This document shows positions 24,940 through 38,712 of a DNA stretch of 64,000 bases, one piece after another. The notes beneath the pieces are model-generated. The model searched no databases. It saw only the letters and a program-made list of their open reading frames with translations, and was not told where the DNA came from. Made by a program: the position numbers and the translations under genes. The stretch's first letter is position 1, and every line of letters starts with the position of its first letter. This DNA comes from Azolla caroliniana (taxonomy: Eukaryota > Plantae > Polypodiophyta), in assembly GCA_043228905.1 (NCBI GenBank), contig JBHGNT010000011.1, forward strand, positions 14,198,001 through 14,262,000, read 5' to 3'.

Positions 24940-26900
24940 AAAGATGAGATGAAACAATATGCATGATGGGATAATGCCTATGACGTTGAGTATTGAAACA
25001 CCATTTAATTATTGTGTATATATTGAGGATGTTAATAGAGGATCCAAAAAGATGTCTAATGACAATGTGGTGGATGCAACTTTAATAATAAGTGAGTTCT
25101 TAAAGTGGACAAGATTGCAAAATCATCCATGGGTTGCAACTATCATGGATCGAGCTATCAAGGTATCAAGCAAGGTTTTCTAGAAGATTGGCTCATGAAT
25201 TGGATTAAACCAATCCATAAATGGGGATATAAAAATTTGATATCCAACTATTGCATTATTATGGTCAACTCATTTATGACCAAGTTAAATAACGCTAACT
25301 ATGGAACAAAAGATTAGCTCATGGGTTGAACATAATCACAAATGAGCACTCAGTCAAGCGGGCTTTAGACCAAAATATTCAACTATCGATAATGTGGAAA
25401 TATTAAGAGTTATTATGGGATAAAGTCAACTTCAACAGAAAACGCTATATTGTTGTTTTGTGGACGTCAAGAAAGCCTTCAACATTATAGTAGGGAGTAA
25501 GCTTTGGAAAAGAATAATAGAGATCCTAATGTCATTACACTATAGAGCAGTTGTTGTAGCATTACGATATGAGCAAGCAAGGTGCGAATTGAAAAATGGA
25601 TGGTGGTTTCTCTAAATACTTTTTTATCAACATGGGGGTCAAGCAAGGGTGTCCACACTCTCTCGCATTATTTGGTCTATGCCTCGGTAAACTTAAATAG
25701 GAAACAACTCTGCAAAAGGAGAAGGATTGAACCCAAAACTCATGCATGAGTTTAGTTTCATATTCATATATGTCAATGATGTTGGTTTATTCTATTCTCA
25801 AATATGTTGGATAATATGCAATAGTTGTATTCGACACAAACGATCAAAGCAATGGGCTAATTGTTAAGGTGGACCAAAAGAAATGCGTGGCAATAAAAGT
25901 AATACAACCAACACACTACCCCACTTTTACATACAAGGGAGAACCAATACAATTGATGCAAAGCTTCGTATATGTTGGTATTAATGTCATGTTGACATAT
26001 ATTGGAATGTATGTTATGAGTCTTAATCAAGTGGGTTAGAATAGTTATTATATGTTTGTGATCAATGCAATCGAAGATACTCGAGGTAGGGAAGTGAGAT
26101 TGGTGCTATTTAATGTTGTGGTGTTCCAATTATTGCCTTACTCCATGGAATGAAAGAAAGAAAATCCATATATTGTTCTTATGTAGACAATTGGGGTAAA
26201 GTACTCAAGATCTTATCTTGTCATGCTATTAAAAGGTGCTTGGCTCATTGAGGTTTTAAGAATGCAAATAGTACACACATCTATTGCAAAAGTCAAGAAT
26301 ATGCATGATCATAGATTGCCAAAACAAGCTTGGGAGCAAAATCCTCTCATGTTGTACAGTTGTTGGGTGTTGACATTATGAAATGGTTTATGATAGTAAA
26401 AATATCTATTGGAGCTCTACGGTGATGCTATGAAGTATGTGATCAACGAGGATAGATTACTACGTAAAAATATCTATTAGACCAAAATCCTCTCATGTTG
26501 TTACATGCTTGACATTGTGAAATGGTTTAAGATAGTAAAATATCTATTGGAGCTCTAAGGGTGATGCTATGAAGTATGTGATCATCGAGTATAGATTACA
26601 AGAGACACTAAGGATGAAGTCTAATGATGCTAAAATATCAAAATTGGAATGTGAATTGTGAACATTAACCTCGAATATTGTCCCCAGTACAAGTAAAAAT
26701 GGCAAAACATATTGAATTGCATATCACTATGCCCATGACCCTTGGCTCTCAGGAATCTTTAACACTTCTTCGAACTTGCTCACACAAGTTCAATGTTGAG
26801 GTAGCATCGTGGCATTATCATCTAAATCTAAAGATATGCAATGGAAACTTATTGGAGGATGATTTGGGTTTAAATTTGCATTCTTCATAAAGCACAATCA
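24940..26900 (+). mobile_element. Highly degenerate LINE (RTE/L2-like) reverse transcriptase remnant
   Basis: Recognisable fragments CCFVDVKKAFN, KLWKRI, GVKQGCP.SL.LFGL, IYVNDV, F.Y.GI and HRLPKQAW, broken by many stops and frameshifts. Local duplication near 26335-26600. Confidence 0.65.
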
Positions 26901-27615
26901 CAGATTTAGTTAGAGATCATGTTTGACATAAAATCCTTTTTAGGATTAGATATGTATAGCTGTGAGATGGTTCACTTTAGGTGTAACCACCAACATGAGT
27001 GAAGAAGTACTAAAAAGAAAAATTCTAGAGAAAGAAACTCGAAAAATGGTTAAAGTATTGCCACTATCTTTTATGTTGCATCATATATGCTTACCATTGC
27101 CAACAAGCTTTCTCATGGCGAAGATTGTTATGCAGGGGGAAATCCATATAATCACATTCATGACAAGTAAGAACCATGGGGGGAATATCAATCCCTGAGG
27201 ATTTTGATATTCCTTTAAACGATCCAATGTTCTTAGTATTTCCTCAAATGCATTGGTCTAGACCCCCTTTGGAGCAATTGCAACTGCTATTTGAGCTATA
27301 TTCCACATGACCCTCATCTTTTACCACTCATGCATGCTTTCACATATTGTGTTATTGTGGCTGGAAAGCTCAGTGTTCAATCTCTTAAATTGAGGGTTCG
27401 CCGATGTCGAATGTGTTGGCCATGCGACAAAACCCGGAAACGATCGGAGCCTGAACTTATCCTTATGTTTCCTTGATGCCCTTCAAATAGCTAGCACATA
27501 TGTGTGTGCTCTTTTTAGGTAGGGTTAAGTGAGGGGTATCCGGGGAAATAAAGTAAAACCCACAAGTATTTCAATGTCTTTTTGAATACAGCCCTTTTCA
27601 TTTGGGCAAATTGAC

Positions 27616-30600
27616 ATGGAGGAGAATGAGGAAGCAGAAGAAGAAGAAGAAGAAGAAGAAGAAGAAGAAGAGCAGAAAGAGTCTTGGTCTCATCCAGATG
27701 TTACACTGCCTCACTTGCTATCTCTCTCTCAAGCTTACCTGGATATATTGTGTCTTGCTTCAGGTTTTCAGTCCACAGGTTCGCCTGCTCTATGGAGACC
27801 TCAAGACGTCAAAAGAGCTCTTGGATGGGCTTCTCTTCTACAACAGGTTATTTTCTATTGTATTCTCTTGATAAGATCAAAGTTTTACCTACGCATGCGT
27901 TTTTTTGTTGGTTTATTTATATACATAGTTCTTTCGATTATATATGCATATTTCGATTGTTTGCTTTAATATAACATTTATATTTTTCGATTATCTATTA
28001 TTATTATTATCATTAGTTTTCGATTTTTTTCCATCTGATTATATTTGATAATCTGTGTCTTGGTTCTTATTGGCTATTGTGGCGGTGTCTTCACCAGATT
28101 ACTTCACTATTGGGTTTCTATTATGGAGAATTCACAAGAGTGATCTTTGGTGATTTGGTTTATATGTAATGTGTCTTGGAAAACATGCGTATTTAGTAAC
28201 TCTATCATGGAAATTAAAGGTATCATAAAGGTATCTCTTGGAAAGCATGTATGTTGATTAGTTCTGTTATGGCAATTTGGTGGAGAATTTGAAGCATATA
28301 TCGAATCTCCGTTCTCTTGGATGATTTATTCATCTTCCATATTTATTGTGAGATGCAACTAGATGTGAAAGTTCATGCGTGCACACTTATTTACAAAGGC
28401 TGATTACTGCACTAAATTTTTTTAATCATGTAGTGTTTGGATTAATTTAAGACAGTGGAAAAACAGACTTTAAGAGGGAAAATGTTAAAAAAATTTCTTT
28501 TATGTTTTTCTAGATTATGAAGAAAATTCCTGCCTCAAAGGAGGGGAATGCATTTAAGCATACCCTGGATCTGGCTCTTGAAGAGAAGATGCACGCAGAT
28601 CCAATTCCAGAGGTGTGAACAGAGAATGTAGTCCATATATCTCTTGAGAAACACTTCTAATTGTATGTGGGTGGCGTGTAGGGATTACCAAAGCTAACTT
28701 CGGAAGTTCTTGCTGAAGCAAAGCAAGTTTTTATATGTACAATGATTCAATGTCTTGGATATGATGGTGGACAGATTGAGTCTCTTATTGCTGCCACTTC
28801 TAATGAGGAGACTGATTGGACAGCTGTTTTACAAAACATAAGGAAACGACATCAGGTTATAAATAACACAAAATCCTTGGTGAACGCAATACATTTGGCA
28901 GCCCCAATGCTAAATAGGTGGCATTTTCTAGTTTTACTCTACCATTTTCTGACTGTATGTTTGGGGAGATTTTAGCTTTTCAAATAACAGCTGAAGGCAT
29001 ATTGCACTCTTTCCTAATGATAAGATAACGTGACTTGAGGATGTTGCTGTCCTAAAGGACATTGTATACAGTGAAACTTATGATTAGCTAGAAATACTGA
29101 TATCCTAGACCAGGTATAATATGCTAAAGGCAATTACACCCCAGAAGTTATGGAATTAGGAAGGAACCTAATTGCATTAAGTGCCCTTATTTTTGGGAGT
29201 TAGATGCGCATTATGTGCCCTCATTTTTGGGAGTTAGTTGGGAGGTATATTTCCTTTAGGTAGTTGAATTGCTCCATCAGATGCTAGAGGTTCTTATGGT
29301 TTATGCCAAGTACTTATTATAATTTGTAATTTTGTAGAAGGGTGAATAATGGTTTTTGAAGGGATTGATATACAAAGCCTTTTTAGTAAAGGTTTCGACA
29401 TGGAACCAAGCCATAGAATGTGACTTGCAAGATGCTACCCTTTCCTGAAGGACATGCTTCCAAGTCCTTCCTCTCAAGGGAGACCTTAGGAACAAATTAT
29501 TAGCTCTTCCTGAAGAACATTGTTTCTGGCCACTCTTCGAGTGAAGCCTAGAATGATCAAAATGCAGAGGTCATAAGTTCGCAAAGTGGGGTGGAGAATG
29601 TTGGGCACACCTTCTAATTCAATCAGATGAAGAATGAGGGTTGCCCTAGCAAGTGTTTCTGGGGAATCTCTGTTGCTGCCCAACCTTGACAAAATGAAAT
29701 AACTGACAAGTTGTTTGAGCTGGCAGCTGGGGGTTACCTCTGCTGAAACACCAACAAGAAGCCATGTACAAACAGTTGCAAGAAGTACATGGCTAACTAT
29801 GAATGCTCTATTGGCAGGTCAAGCTCTGGAAGGTCAACTCTTGTCATGAATTTTAATTTGCTAGAGGAAAGCACAGTGAATAATATAATAACTGGGATTC
29901 TAGAAGATATGTACGCAAGAAAATATTCTAATAATATTTTGAAATTGTGTGTTTTCGGCCGTCTGGCATTGTTCCATTCTTGCACCTATGTTATCCTTCA
30001 TCAATACATAATATGACTATTGTGTTGATAAAAAGATGAAACTTGGCATCTTATCCTGAAATTTGTGGTTTTTTCATATGCTAAGATGTTACAAGGATTT
30101 AATTGGAAGGCAATTTTTTGTAGTATCTTGGCAAACTATCACATGCCTTGCTGCCAGCAATGGAGGAAACGAGCTTTAACATATCTTTTGGATGAGAAAA
30201 CCTTGTACAAACTTGCAGGCGCAAATCTTATCTTCAACTCTAGTAGCATGAAGTGGAAAACCAGTTTTCAAAAACTTATGGATAAGGGAAACAGAGCTAA
30301 AGTGAACCAAATTGTTGTAAGTTCTTCTATATTGTGTATGTTAGTGTCAGTCTATCATTCCAACTACTATTATTGTCCTATCCTTCTGGCCAATTTTTTG
30401 TTATATTTACCATGGGTACTACTTTTAGGAGCTATGCTGTTTACAATTGTCACGTGATAAGCGGAATAAAATTATTACGAAGCTCATGGAACCATGTGAA
30501 TGTATTTCTTGTTCAAGAGACGCACTAAGTCTTTGGCACTCTACTAAGAACCTTCAAGTATTTGAATTAGAGGTGAGTTCCACCAGTGTGTTTTCTGAGA

Positions 30601-31904
30601 TGTAGATTATCTGTATAGCAATGTGTCTTTTAAGGAATAGTTTTGCATGAGAAATGGGCACTCCAGGTATTGTCTTTTGGCTAGTTTGATAATTGTATAT
30701 CCATCAAGCTCTTAAAAGCCAAGGGTCAAATGCAGATGTATACTTCATTGATGTTTATAACACTCACAGGTCCTATGAAATGGTATGGTTCATTCTCAGC
30801 TATTTCAATCTCTTGACGTGATGCATTCATTTAGAAAGGATCTTATTTTATATCACACAGATTAGAGCTTAAATAATGTTTTTTCTGTACATAAGGATAC
30901 CTTATAAATCTTGTTCCATTTACTCTTGAATTTTTGCTGTAAATGTTACTGGTTTATAAAACTTCTTCTTTACATCAATGTTTCTCTTTTTTAGGGATAG
31001 TACATAATAACATTTTGCTTTTTGTTTGACAGTACTAACTAATCATGTGTTTTATTCTCATTTAATGTTTAGGAAACAGATGATATCAATGCCTATTTGA
31101 GTAAATTACTTAATGAAGAAGAAAGAACGTGGTGGAATATACCTCCTATTCTCATAGCATCCACCTTATCGAAAGGGTTAGAAGAAAGCTTTATATTGTT
31201 AACTTCAATATCACAAAATTTGAGGTGATTATTCATGATAAAGTGATCCCTGTTGTATTCAGAACCCATTGCTTCAGCTGTTATGCTGCGGATCTGTACA
31301 GACACATGGAGATAGAAAGGTATATGCATGTCATTATCTTATATAAAAATAATACTAAACGTCTGTGGATGCCATTTTATTATGTAAAATGACAAGGATA
31401 GTTAGTATCCTGAGACATACTGGGAGTATATTTGATGAGCGTAGGTCTAAAAATTACTTTCAAATCCTTCATTCATTTGGTCTTCAACTGATTAGTTGCA
31501 TACTAGGCTACAGTAAAGGTTTTGGTTTGGATGAGGATTGTGTTAGGATTAATGTTCAACTTTATGTTAGGATCGTGTTAGGATTAGGATTCAGGGTTAG
31601 GTTTAGAATTGATGATTCAGCTTTCCCTGAACGGTGATTGTCTCTATGTACAAAAACTTGTTTTTGGTCCAAAAATAAATGAAGCGTAATCACAATTTTC
31701 TTTCTACAGGCATGTGGAGAGATCTTTAGATAACTGTGGTACAGGCAAGTCTTATTTTTTCAGTTTACTACCCGAAATCTAATATACACGTATATGTATG
31801 TGTAAATAAATATATTCTACTTATGGTTGATAAAAAAAGTTGTTCACCATGCAGGTGATATTTACGAAAGAATTTGGTGCCTTCAATTTCTGCAGTCAGT
31901 GTGA
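27616..31904 (+). CDS. FANCF: Fanconi anemia group F protein-like (plant FANCF), about 413 aa, 10 exons
   Basis: Exons 27616-27846, 28514-28612, 28682-28917, 29818-29910, 30124-30316, 30429-30572, 31073-31176, 31263-31319, 31710-31744, 31855-31904; 1242 nt, in frame. W.HPD..L..LL......DIL.LASGFQS.G..A.W....VKRAL.W, QWR.RAL.YLLD.KT...L.GA.LIF, WW.IPPIL and C-terminal ERIWCL match the plant FANCF family as I recall it. Exon 4-5 boundaries are less certain. Confidence 0.8.
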
Positions 31905-32176
31905 AGAAACTTTACGATTGATGGTTTGAATCTCTTAAAATGTGTATCATCCCAGAGTATTCAGTAGCACATGAATGACAAAGATGATAATTAATTAGCA
32001 TGGTTCAGTTTATTCTACGGATTTATTATATGTGAACCAATTTGTCTACTATGTCTTTATTTGTGCAAACTGCAGAAAGTTTGTGCACATGGTTTTTTGA
32101 TTTCAAGAAAATTTGGTTCGTCCTGTGGACTATATTAAGCTCAATATATAGCGGACTAACAAGCGTATGGCAATAA

Positions 32177-33420
32177 ATATGCAATGATTCATTTTAATGT
32201 AGAATATTTGGTTCAAAGTGGAACATTAAGCTTGATGTGTGGTCACTGGTGAGCAACAAGCTTGAGGCTGACAAATATTTAATAATTCATTATATGCAAT
32301 GATTCATTTTAATGTAGAATATTTGGTTCAAAGTGGAACATTAAGCTTGATGTGTGGTCACTGGTGAGCAATAAGCTTGAGGCTGCACAAATATTTAATA
32401 ATTCATTTTCTTCTATAGGTTTATATAGTCGCAACAAAGAAATTGAATTCTAAACAAACGTTGAAACAATAAACATTGAAAAAATGCAAAGTACAATCAA
32501 AATGGTGACTTTAATCATATGAAACTCAATTGTTGTTTTGATTATAAGAGTGCAAGTGATACTATTTTTTGGAAAGTTCTATATCCTGTTTCTTCCAACA
32601 AGAGACGGTTTAATCAATAATTTCACCTCTTAATCAATAATTTCACCTCTACTACTATGGTTAAATATGAATTAGCTCTACATCTATCATTTTTGCGAAA
32701 GACGGTTTAATCATAATTTCACCTCTACAGGTATCGTTGAGGGGAAATTTCAACTCCTGCAATAAGAGCTTGATCTACCTTTACTTACTGAAGCCTTCAA
32801 GTTTCTCATTTAGAAAAGCTTTCATTCTCAAAGCTCATCAGAGCACCTACTAACAAAGCTTCAAGGTATTAAAATATCAAATATTTCCTGCTGCAAAACA
32901 TAATAAATTTGAATTCCTGAAGAAAATCACAAAAGGCTCAAACCTAGAAAAGAATCATCATAAATTAACCTATCCCCTTAAGTTACTGCAAACCTTCAAA
33001 TTTTTTCATTTCAGAAGGTTTTCTTCCTCAAAGCTCAGTTGAGCATTCTAGTAACGAAGCATCATTTAGACAATAAAAGCTTCAAGATCTTAAAATATCA
33101 AACATTTACATGTGCAACACATAATCAATTGATTTCCTAAGCTATCATCATAATCATGAAGGGTAAAAAATTAATCAATCCCCTAATGTTACTGAAAGCC
33201 TTCAAAAAAATTCATTTCAAAAGGTTTTCTTTCTCAAAGCTCAGTTGAGTATCTAGTATCGAAGCATCATTTGGACAATAAAAACTGCACGATCTTAAAA
33301 TATCTAACATTTACAGGTGCAACGCATAACCTATTGATTTCCTATGCCATGATCACAAAAGAAGGTTCAAACTTCAAACCTAAATAAAATCATCATAATC
33401 ATGAAAAAAAGGCTCAAAAT
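32177..33420. repeat. Tandem and imperfect duplications between the convergent FANCF and p23 3' ends
   Basis: ~115-bp unit ATATGCAATGATTCATTTTAATG...CAAATATTTAATAATTCATT x2 (32177-32408), then about three ~200-bp units with TTACTG.AAGCCTTCAA...CTCAAAGCTCA...AAAGCTTCAAG..TTAAAATATC. Confidence 0.75.
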
Positions 33421-33656
33421 TAATTGACTGCCTTACGTGGATGTGCAAGAATCATAAATGACAAAAAAGGCTCTTACATGCAGACTTTTAATAGAATCTG
33501 AAATATTTGCATAGTTCCTAGCCTAGACTTGTGTTAAATATACTGCATCGTCATTCTGTAGGCATAAATACAATCTAGCTAATTTCTGGTTGTCCCACTG
33601 TAGTAGCTACAAAATACAATACAAACTCTACAGTTATATAAAGGATGGTTTTAACC

Positions 33657-35944
33657 TCATTTTTGCAAGTCTGGAAGATCTGCATAGAAGAAAAAACCCC
33701 ACTTTTTGTTAACAATCATACAGTGATCTTAAGCTTATGAAAGTAAAATACCGTCTGTATACTCACAAAGCATCCCTTCATCATCACTTTCATCTTCTTC
33801 ATCTCCACTTTGCTTTTGATTCTGCAAATTCAGGAAGTAAATACACCATTTAGTCTAATAACTCTACAAACCACCATGTAGATCCACATCCCAAATGTAT
33901 ACATAGATATAGCATCCTATAGGCTCCCAGAACACATACACACATATACATACATACATATAACGTATATATAAAGTAGATAAATATGCAAGTATATCCA
34001 TGTTTATATATATATGCAAGTATACCCATGTTTTTTTTACACATATAAAAGTGTATCATCTAGAGAGAGTTATGGATTGAATTGAGAAAGGGTGTGTTTT
34101 ACGAATTCTACATTTTTTAAATAGGCTACAAATAGATGTGACATACATGGAATATGTACCAAAACCCCAAGTAATAATACATATATGTGTGTGGTACATC
34201 ATGCATGTATAGACGCATGTACGTATGCATAGATGGATGCATGAATGCATACATATATGTAATGTATAGCATCCATCAAAAAGCTAGAGCACTGACATGA
34301 GAGATATGGAGCAGATATCCTCATACCGCGAAATCATCCATGCCGCTAAAATCAAAGTTGTCAACTGCATTGATGTAGTCCAGCATCAAATGCAAAACAT
34401 CACCCAAGTCAAAACTAGTGTAATAAATTCGAAATAGCTTTGCTTTACTTAACTTGTATTTATTACATTTGACACTTACATTTGGACCCCTCAGTCTCTT
34501 CTTCATCTTCGTCAACCCATCTGTTCCAATCAACTTTCACAAATGGAGGTGGCTTTCCTTCACTCTTAAGCAACCGTTTCCACCATCCCTTCTCTTGCTT
34601 TTGGATAATGCAGATGATTTGCCTCAGACCAACATTGATTTTACTCGCCTACACACAAAAATGGAAAGAGCCTGAGATCCTTGTCTTTTACATGTTTCAT
34701 TGAATTGATCATGTTGGTTATGTTAAATGTATGATTAGGAAATTGTCACCCTTAAGAAAAATCCATGTTAAAAAACAAATCTCATCATATAAAAATAAAC
34801 ACCCATGGAACATCAATGCATTTTATTAAGTACAAATCTCATGTTCTCATTAATCATTGATGAAAAATGTTTTTCTTAAATGAAATACAAAGGTAGACAT
34901 GTACCCCTTCACTAACTTTGACTAAAATATCATCTTGATTTCATGTCCTTAGTATTGATGAGTAAAGTTTAATCCTTTTAATGAATTACACAGATTCCAA
35001 TCAATGGCCCGAACAAAATACATGTTTCCCATACCTCAAGATTCACTTTTGTGCAAAGTTTCGAGCTTGATTTTGATTTTGAATAGGTCATTGATCATTC
35101 GATGAATCAAATTTCTTAATTATTTAATGTGATACACTTTCAAATTATGATCCTAAAATAAGATATATTCATCATACCTTGACATCCCCTTTGCTGAGAA
35201 GTTCAAGCTCTATTTTGAATAGGCCATCAATCATTGATGAATCAAGTTTGTATATGTTTTGAATCGAGTTAGCATATTTTTTATTTCAACGAAATACAAT
35301 ATTTTCAATTATTTATCATGCATACCTCAACATCCACTTTGTCAAGAAGCTCCAGCTCAATTTCGAATAGGTCATCACTTGATCCAGCTTGAGCAGAGAA
35401 GATGAACTTCCCATCAGGTTCAAGCTTCACTTTTGGGTCTTTTGCATCAGGTAATTCAATGGTGATGAAGATTTGCTCAGATCTTTGAGCCCACACAATT
35501 TCTGGATGCCGCCTGCAATCACGGTCATCCACTTATAAAGCATCAAAACAGGTCGTGGGATTTAGTATGAGAGTTTAGAGTTTTGGGTTTAGATAAAGCA
35601 AAAAACTGGAGAATGATGTTCAGCGTTTACGGAAAAAAAAACACTCAAAGAAGGTTTTGACTTTAGAGCTTAGGGTTCAGATAAAGAAAAAAAAAGGTGG
35701 AAACACTGTTTAGGGCATACAGAAAGCAAAAACAGGGAGCCATTATTGGGGGTTTAGACAAATCCACATACACAGGGAGTTTTAAAAAAACCCTAATCAA
35801 AACTTACAACGTTGAAAGGGTTTAGAAAAAACTTACAATGTTTAAAAAACCGTGAATTTACCCAAGCGTGTAGTGTTTAAGAAACCCTAGTTCAACCAAG
35901 CGCTTGAATTGGCTTTGCAAAAATGCATGCAATACTTACACCAT
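33657..35944 (-). CDS. p23: HSP90 co-chaperone p23 (CS domain), p23-2 type, 158 aa, 6 coding exons
   Basis: Exons 35944-35940, 35512-35326, 34648-34480, 34364-34327, 33821-33767, 33679-33657; 477 nt. [13 protein letters not shown]...LPDAKD...[31 protein letters not shown], ending [15 protein letters not shown] as in the short p23-2 isoform. Confidence 0.93.
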
Positions 35945-36469
35945 AGTTGCTGAAGCAGACGCAGGAGGAGGAGGAAGACAGGCGGTGAGGAAAACACGGA
36001 AGGACTTTTGGAACCTTGGAAGTATGTATGTACAGAAACCCCTGATTCCTGAACCTGAGCTAATAATTTAGCACCGACTAAATCTTTGAAATCTTCGGTC
36101 TACAAAGCATATAATCTGTATATGCTTCCAGTTATGACAAAAAAAACCTCCCAATGAAGGAATGAAAAGGATGGCTCATGTAGCTATGGATGGATTCCTC
36201 CACTAAATTCCCCACCATACATACATATACATACATACATATATATATATATATTTCTTCACGATTATTTTCCGAAACTCCATCGGACGATCGCTACGGA
36301 ATTCGGCCATTTAAGTTTAATATTCAGCCCATCCCATCCAACCCTGTCAACGAACATCATATACTGAAACTTAGCCATGGTTACTAGAAGTATGCTTTGT
36401 GGCTAAACTGAGCACCATGGACATTCCCAATTCGGATGGACAAAGGGGAGACACATTTCTTTGCATTTG

Positions 36470-36518
<49 letters not shown>

Positions 36519-36949
36519 GAAACCTATACTTTTTAACGCTTGTAGTAGGTTTGGACATGGTGTGTCCAACTTGGAAAATTTATCTTGTGGGAGCACTGGT
36601 GTTTGGGCATGTGGGAGGATTTGGCCCTTTGAAACATATGTGTATTTAAGGACACGTTTTTCTGAGAGAAGGGTGTTTACTAGAGTGTTGTTACAATGGG
36701 TTAGAACTTTATGTGTGTGCAATGGTGGTCTAATATTGGACAAGATATCCTAGGTTTGTTTGCTTTGGACACGTTGTCCCGTGGACATGTCCAATGTGTA
36801 TCTATCTTGGTGTCCAATCCTTATGTATGAACCCATGTGTCATTTATGTGTTGTAAAAGAATACAATGGAATGCCATATGTGACTTCAACATGAGATGTT
36901 ACCAAAATGGCAAGTAACAAGATTGGTCCTACCTACCCAATAATATACA

Positions 36950-38692
36950 TGAAGGTTAAGTGCTCTACTATTTATTTAAAGGTCTTCCTACTCCACACAT
37001 TGTCTATTACGAGTGGTGATTTGTTGATGTTCTTCCTCAAGCATCCCTACTAGGTCCCTTTACCTAATATTGTTTGTGTGCACGTCTTTCGTAACTAGAA
37101 CCCAACTAGTGATGGGGCCACTTGGTAATCCAAGGCTTTTAATATCCTATATTATGCAGAATAGTATTTGATGTTATTTGCGCAAGATTGGTCTTTCTAA
37201 GCTAAAATTACTAGTCACTACGAAATGAACAACACTATGGCATGCCAAGGGACAACGTAATTACAAGAACAAATTGGTAAATAAATGTATTACCTCAGGG
37301 CCAGAAAGAATACCACGTTGTCATCAAGCTTATGGTTGTCAATGGTCATGACTAGTGCCTAGTTACTGAAGGTTGATAGCTTCAGTTTTTTAGGTGTAAC
37401 TCTCTCGAGACCTATAATACTCTACACTACAATGGTTGAGATAACAAGCAACCATACACTCCTTAGGGCATGTGTGTGTTAATGACCATCATTGACTTAA
37501 TGAATGGGAAACAAATTTGCGTTCAATGAGGTAGATACTTTAGATATCCCACACTATCTTATGATTGATAAATTAATCCTAACGTCCATGTGCACTTACA
37601 CATCAATAAAAACAACGCCCCATTTGCAACTATATTGATCAATTCTCATATGATTAAGTAGCTAAATTTATGTACCTCCCATCTACACTTAGACATCAGT
37701 ACATACCACCCCCCCTTCTCATATGTGTTTATTGATTATCATATGATTAAGTAGTGTTATTATCATTATAAACTTCCATTTCTAGCAATTAAAGTTCTTG
37801 TCTTTGGTACTCCCTCTCTCTCCCTCTAGGGGTTCAAGGAAGTGGGTCGTTCTCTTGCCATGTAAGTTGTTCCCCCCAATGATACATGAAGCATCGTCTC
37901 TTGCATCTACTTTTTCCGAGGAAACTTGCTTGGGATGGGCGTTTCCCAATCTCCTAGTCACTCCATGATGTGGATCACATCCTCCAAGCTCACTGGTTCA
38001 AGCTTCTCCACTTCCTTTCTCAATGATGGTTGCAATCCAAAAAGGAAACTATGTGTCTTGTCAAAATCATCCATGTTGGTGATTTGCAACATAATTATTT
38101 TATAGTTAGAAATATGTTCCTTGAGTTTCCCAAATTCTCACATTAAATATTTCCATTCATCTGTGAGTTTATATGACTCGTCAGGTGGGATGGAGTCTCG
38201 ATGGAGTACTCTCGCATCCTTCGCTTGAAATTCTCCGAACACTTGAATGAACTCTTCTCTTCCACTAGGAGGATCCAATTGTAGCATCATCGATGAGAAA
38301 TCAGCTTGTTACATCCACCCACAACCATGGTCGCACTCGACATTGCTACAAGTAGCTCTTCATGTTGCGGATCCACTTCTTAATACTAGGGATTCATTCT
38401 CTCTTGAGTACCCATTTGGGGTGGATTGGCTTGTAGCTTTCGTACTTTGATTCTTCCTCATCGACCTCTCCTTTTGGAAACCCCCACTTCCTTGGCGAGT
38501 GTTTGCCCTTCATATTTCCACTAGTTGTATTATCGCAATCTCCACTAAGCTCGATCCTATCTCAATTGATTCCATTTTTTTTTCTATCCTCATGATTACT
38601 TTCACGTTCCTCATATGCCTTCATCTGTGTTGCCTACCTCCCCTTCTCAGGCATTTTCCTCACTCCAAAATCACATTTCATGCTTTGGTACC
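36950..38692 (-). mobile_element. Degenerate Ty3/gypsy internal region (gag remnant) with PBS
   Basis: Minus strand TAACA-TT-TGGTACCAAAGC near 38700-38682 (LTR end plus iMet-like PBS). Gag-like QITNMDDFDKTHSFLFGLQPSLRKEVEK near 38100-38000. Left boundary uncertain. Confidence 0.5.
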
Positions 38693-38712
38693 AAATGTTA
38701 TACCCTTAGATT

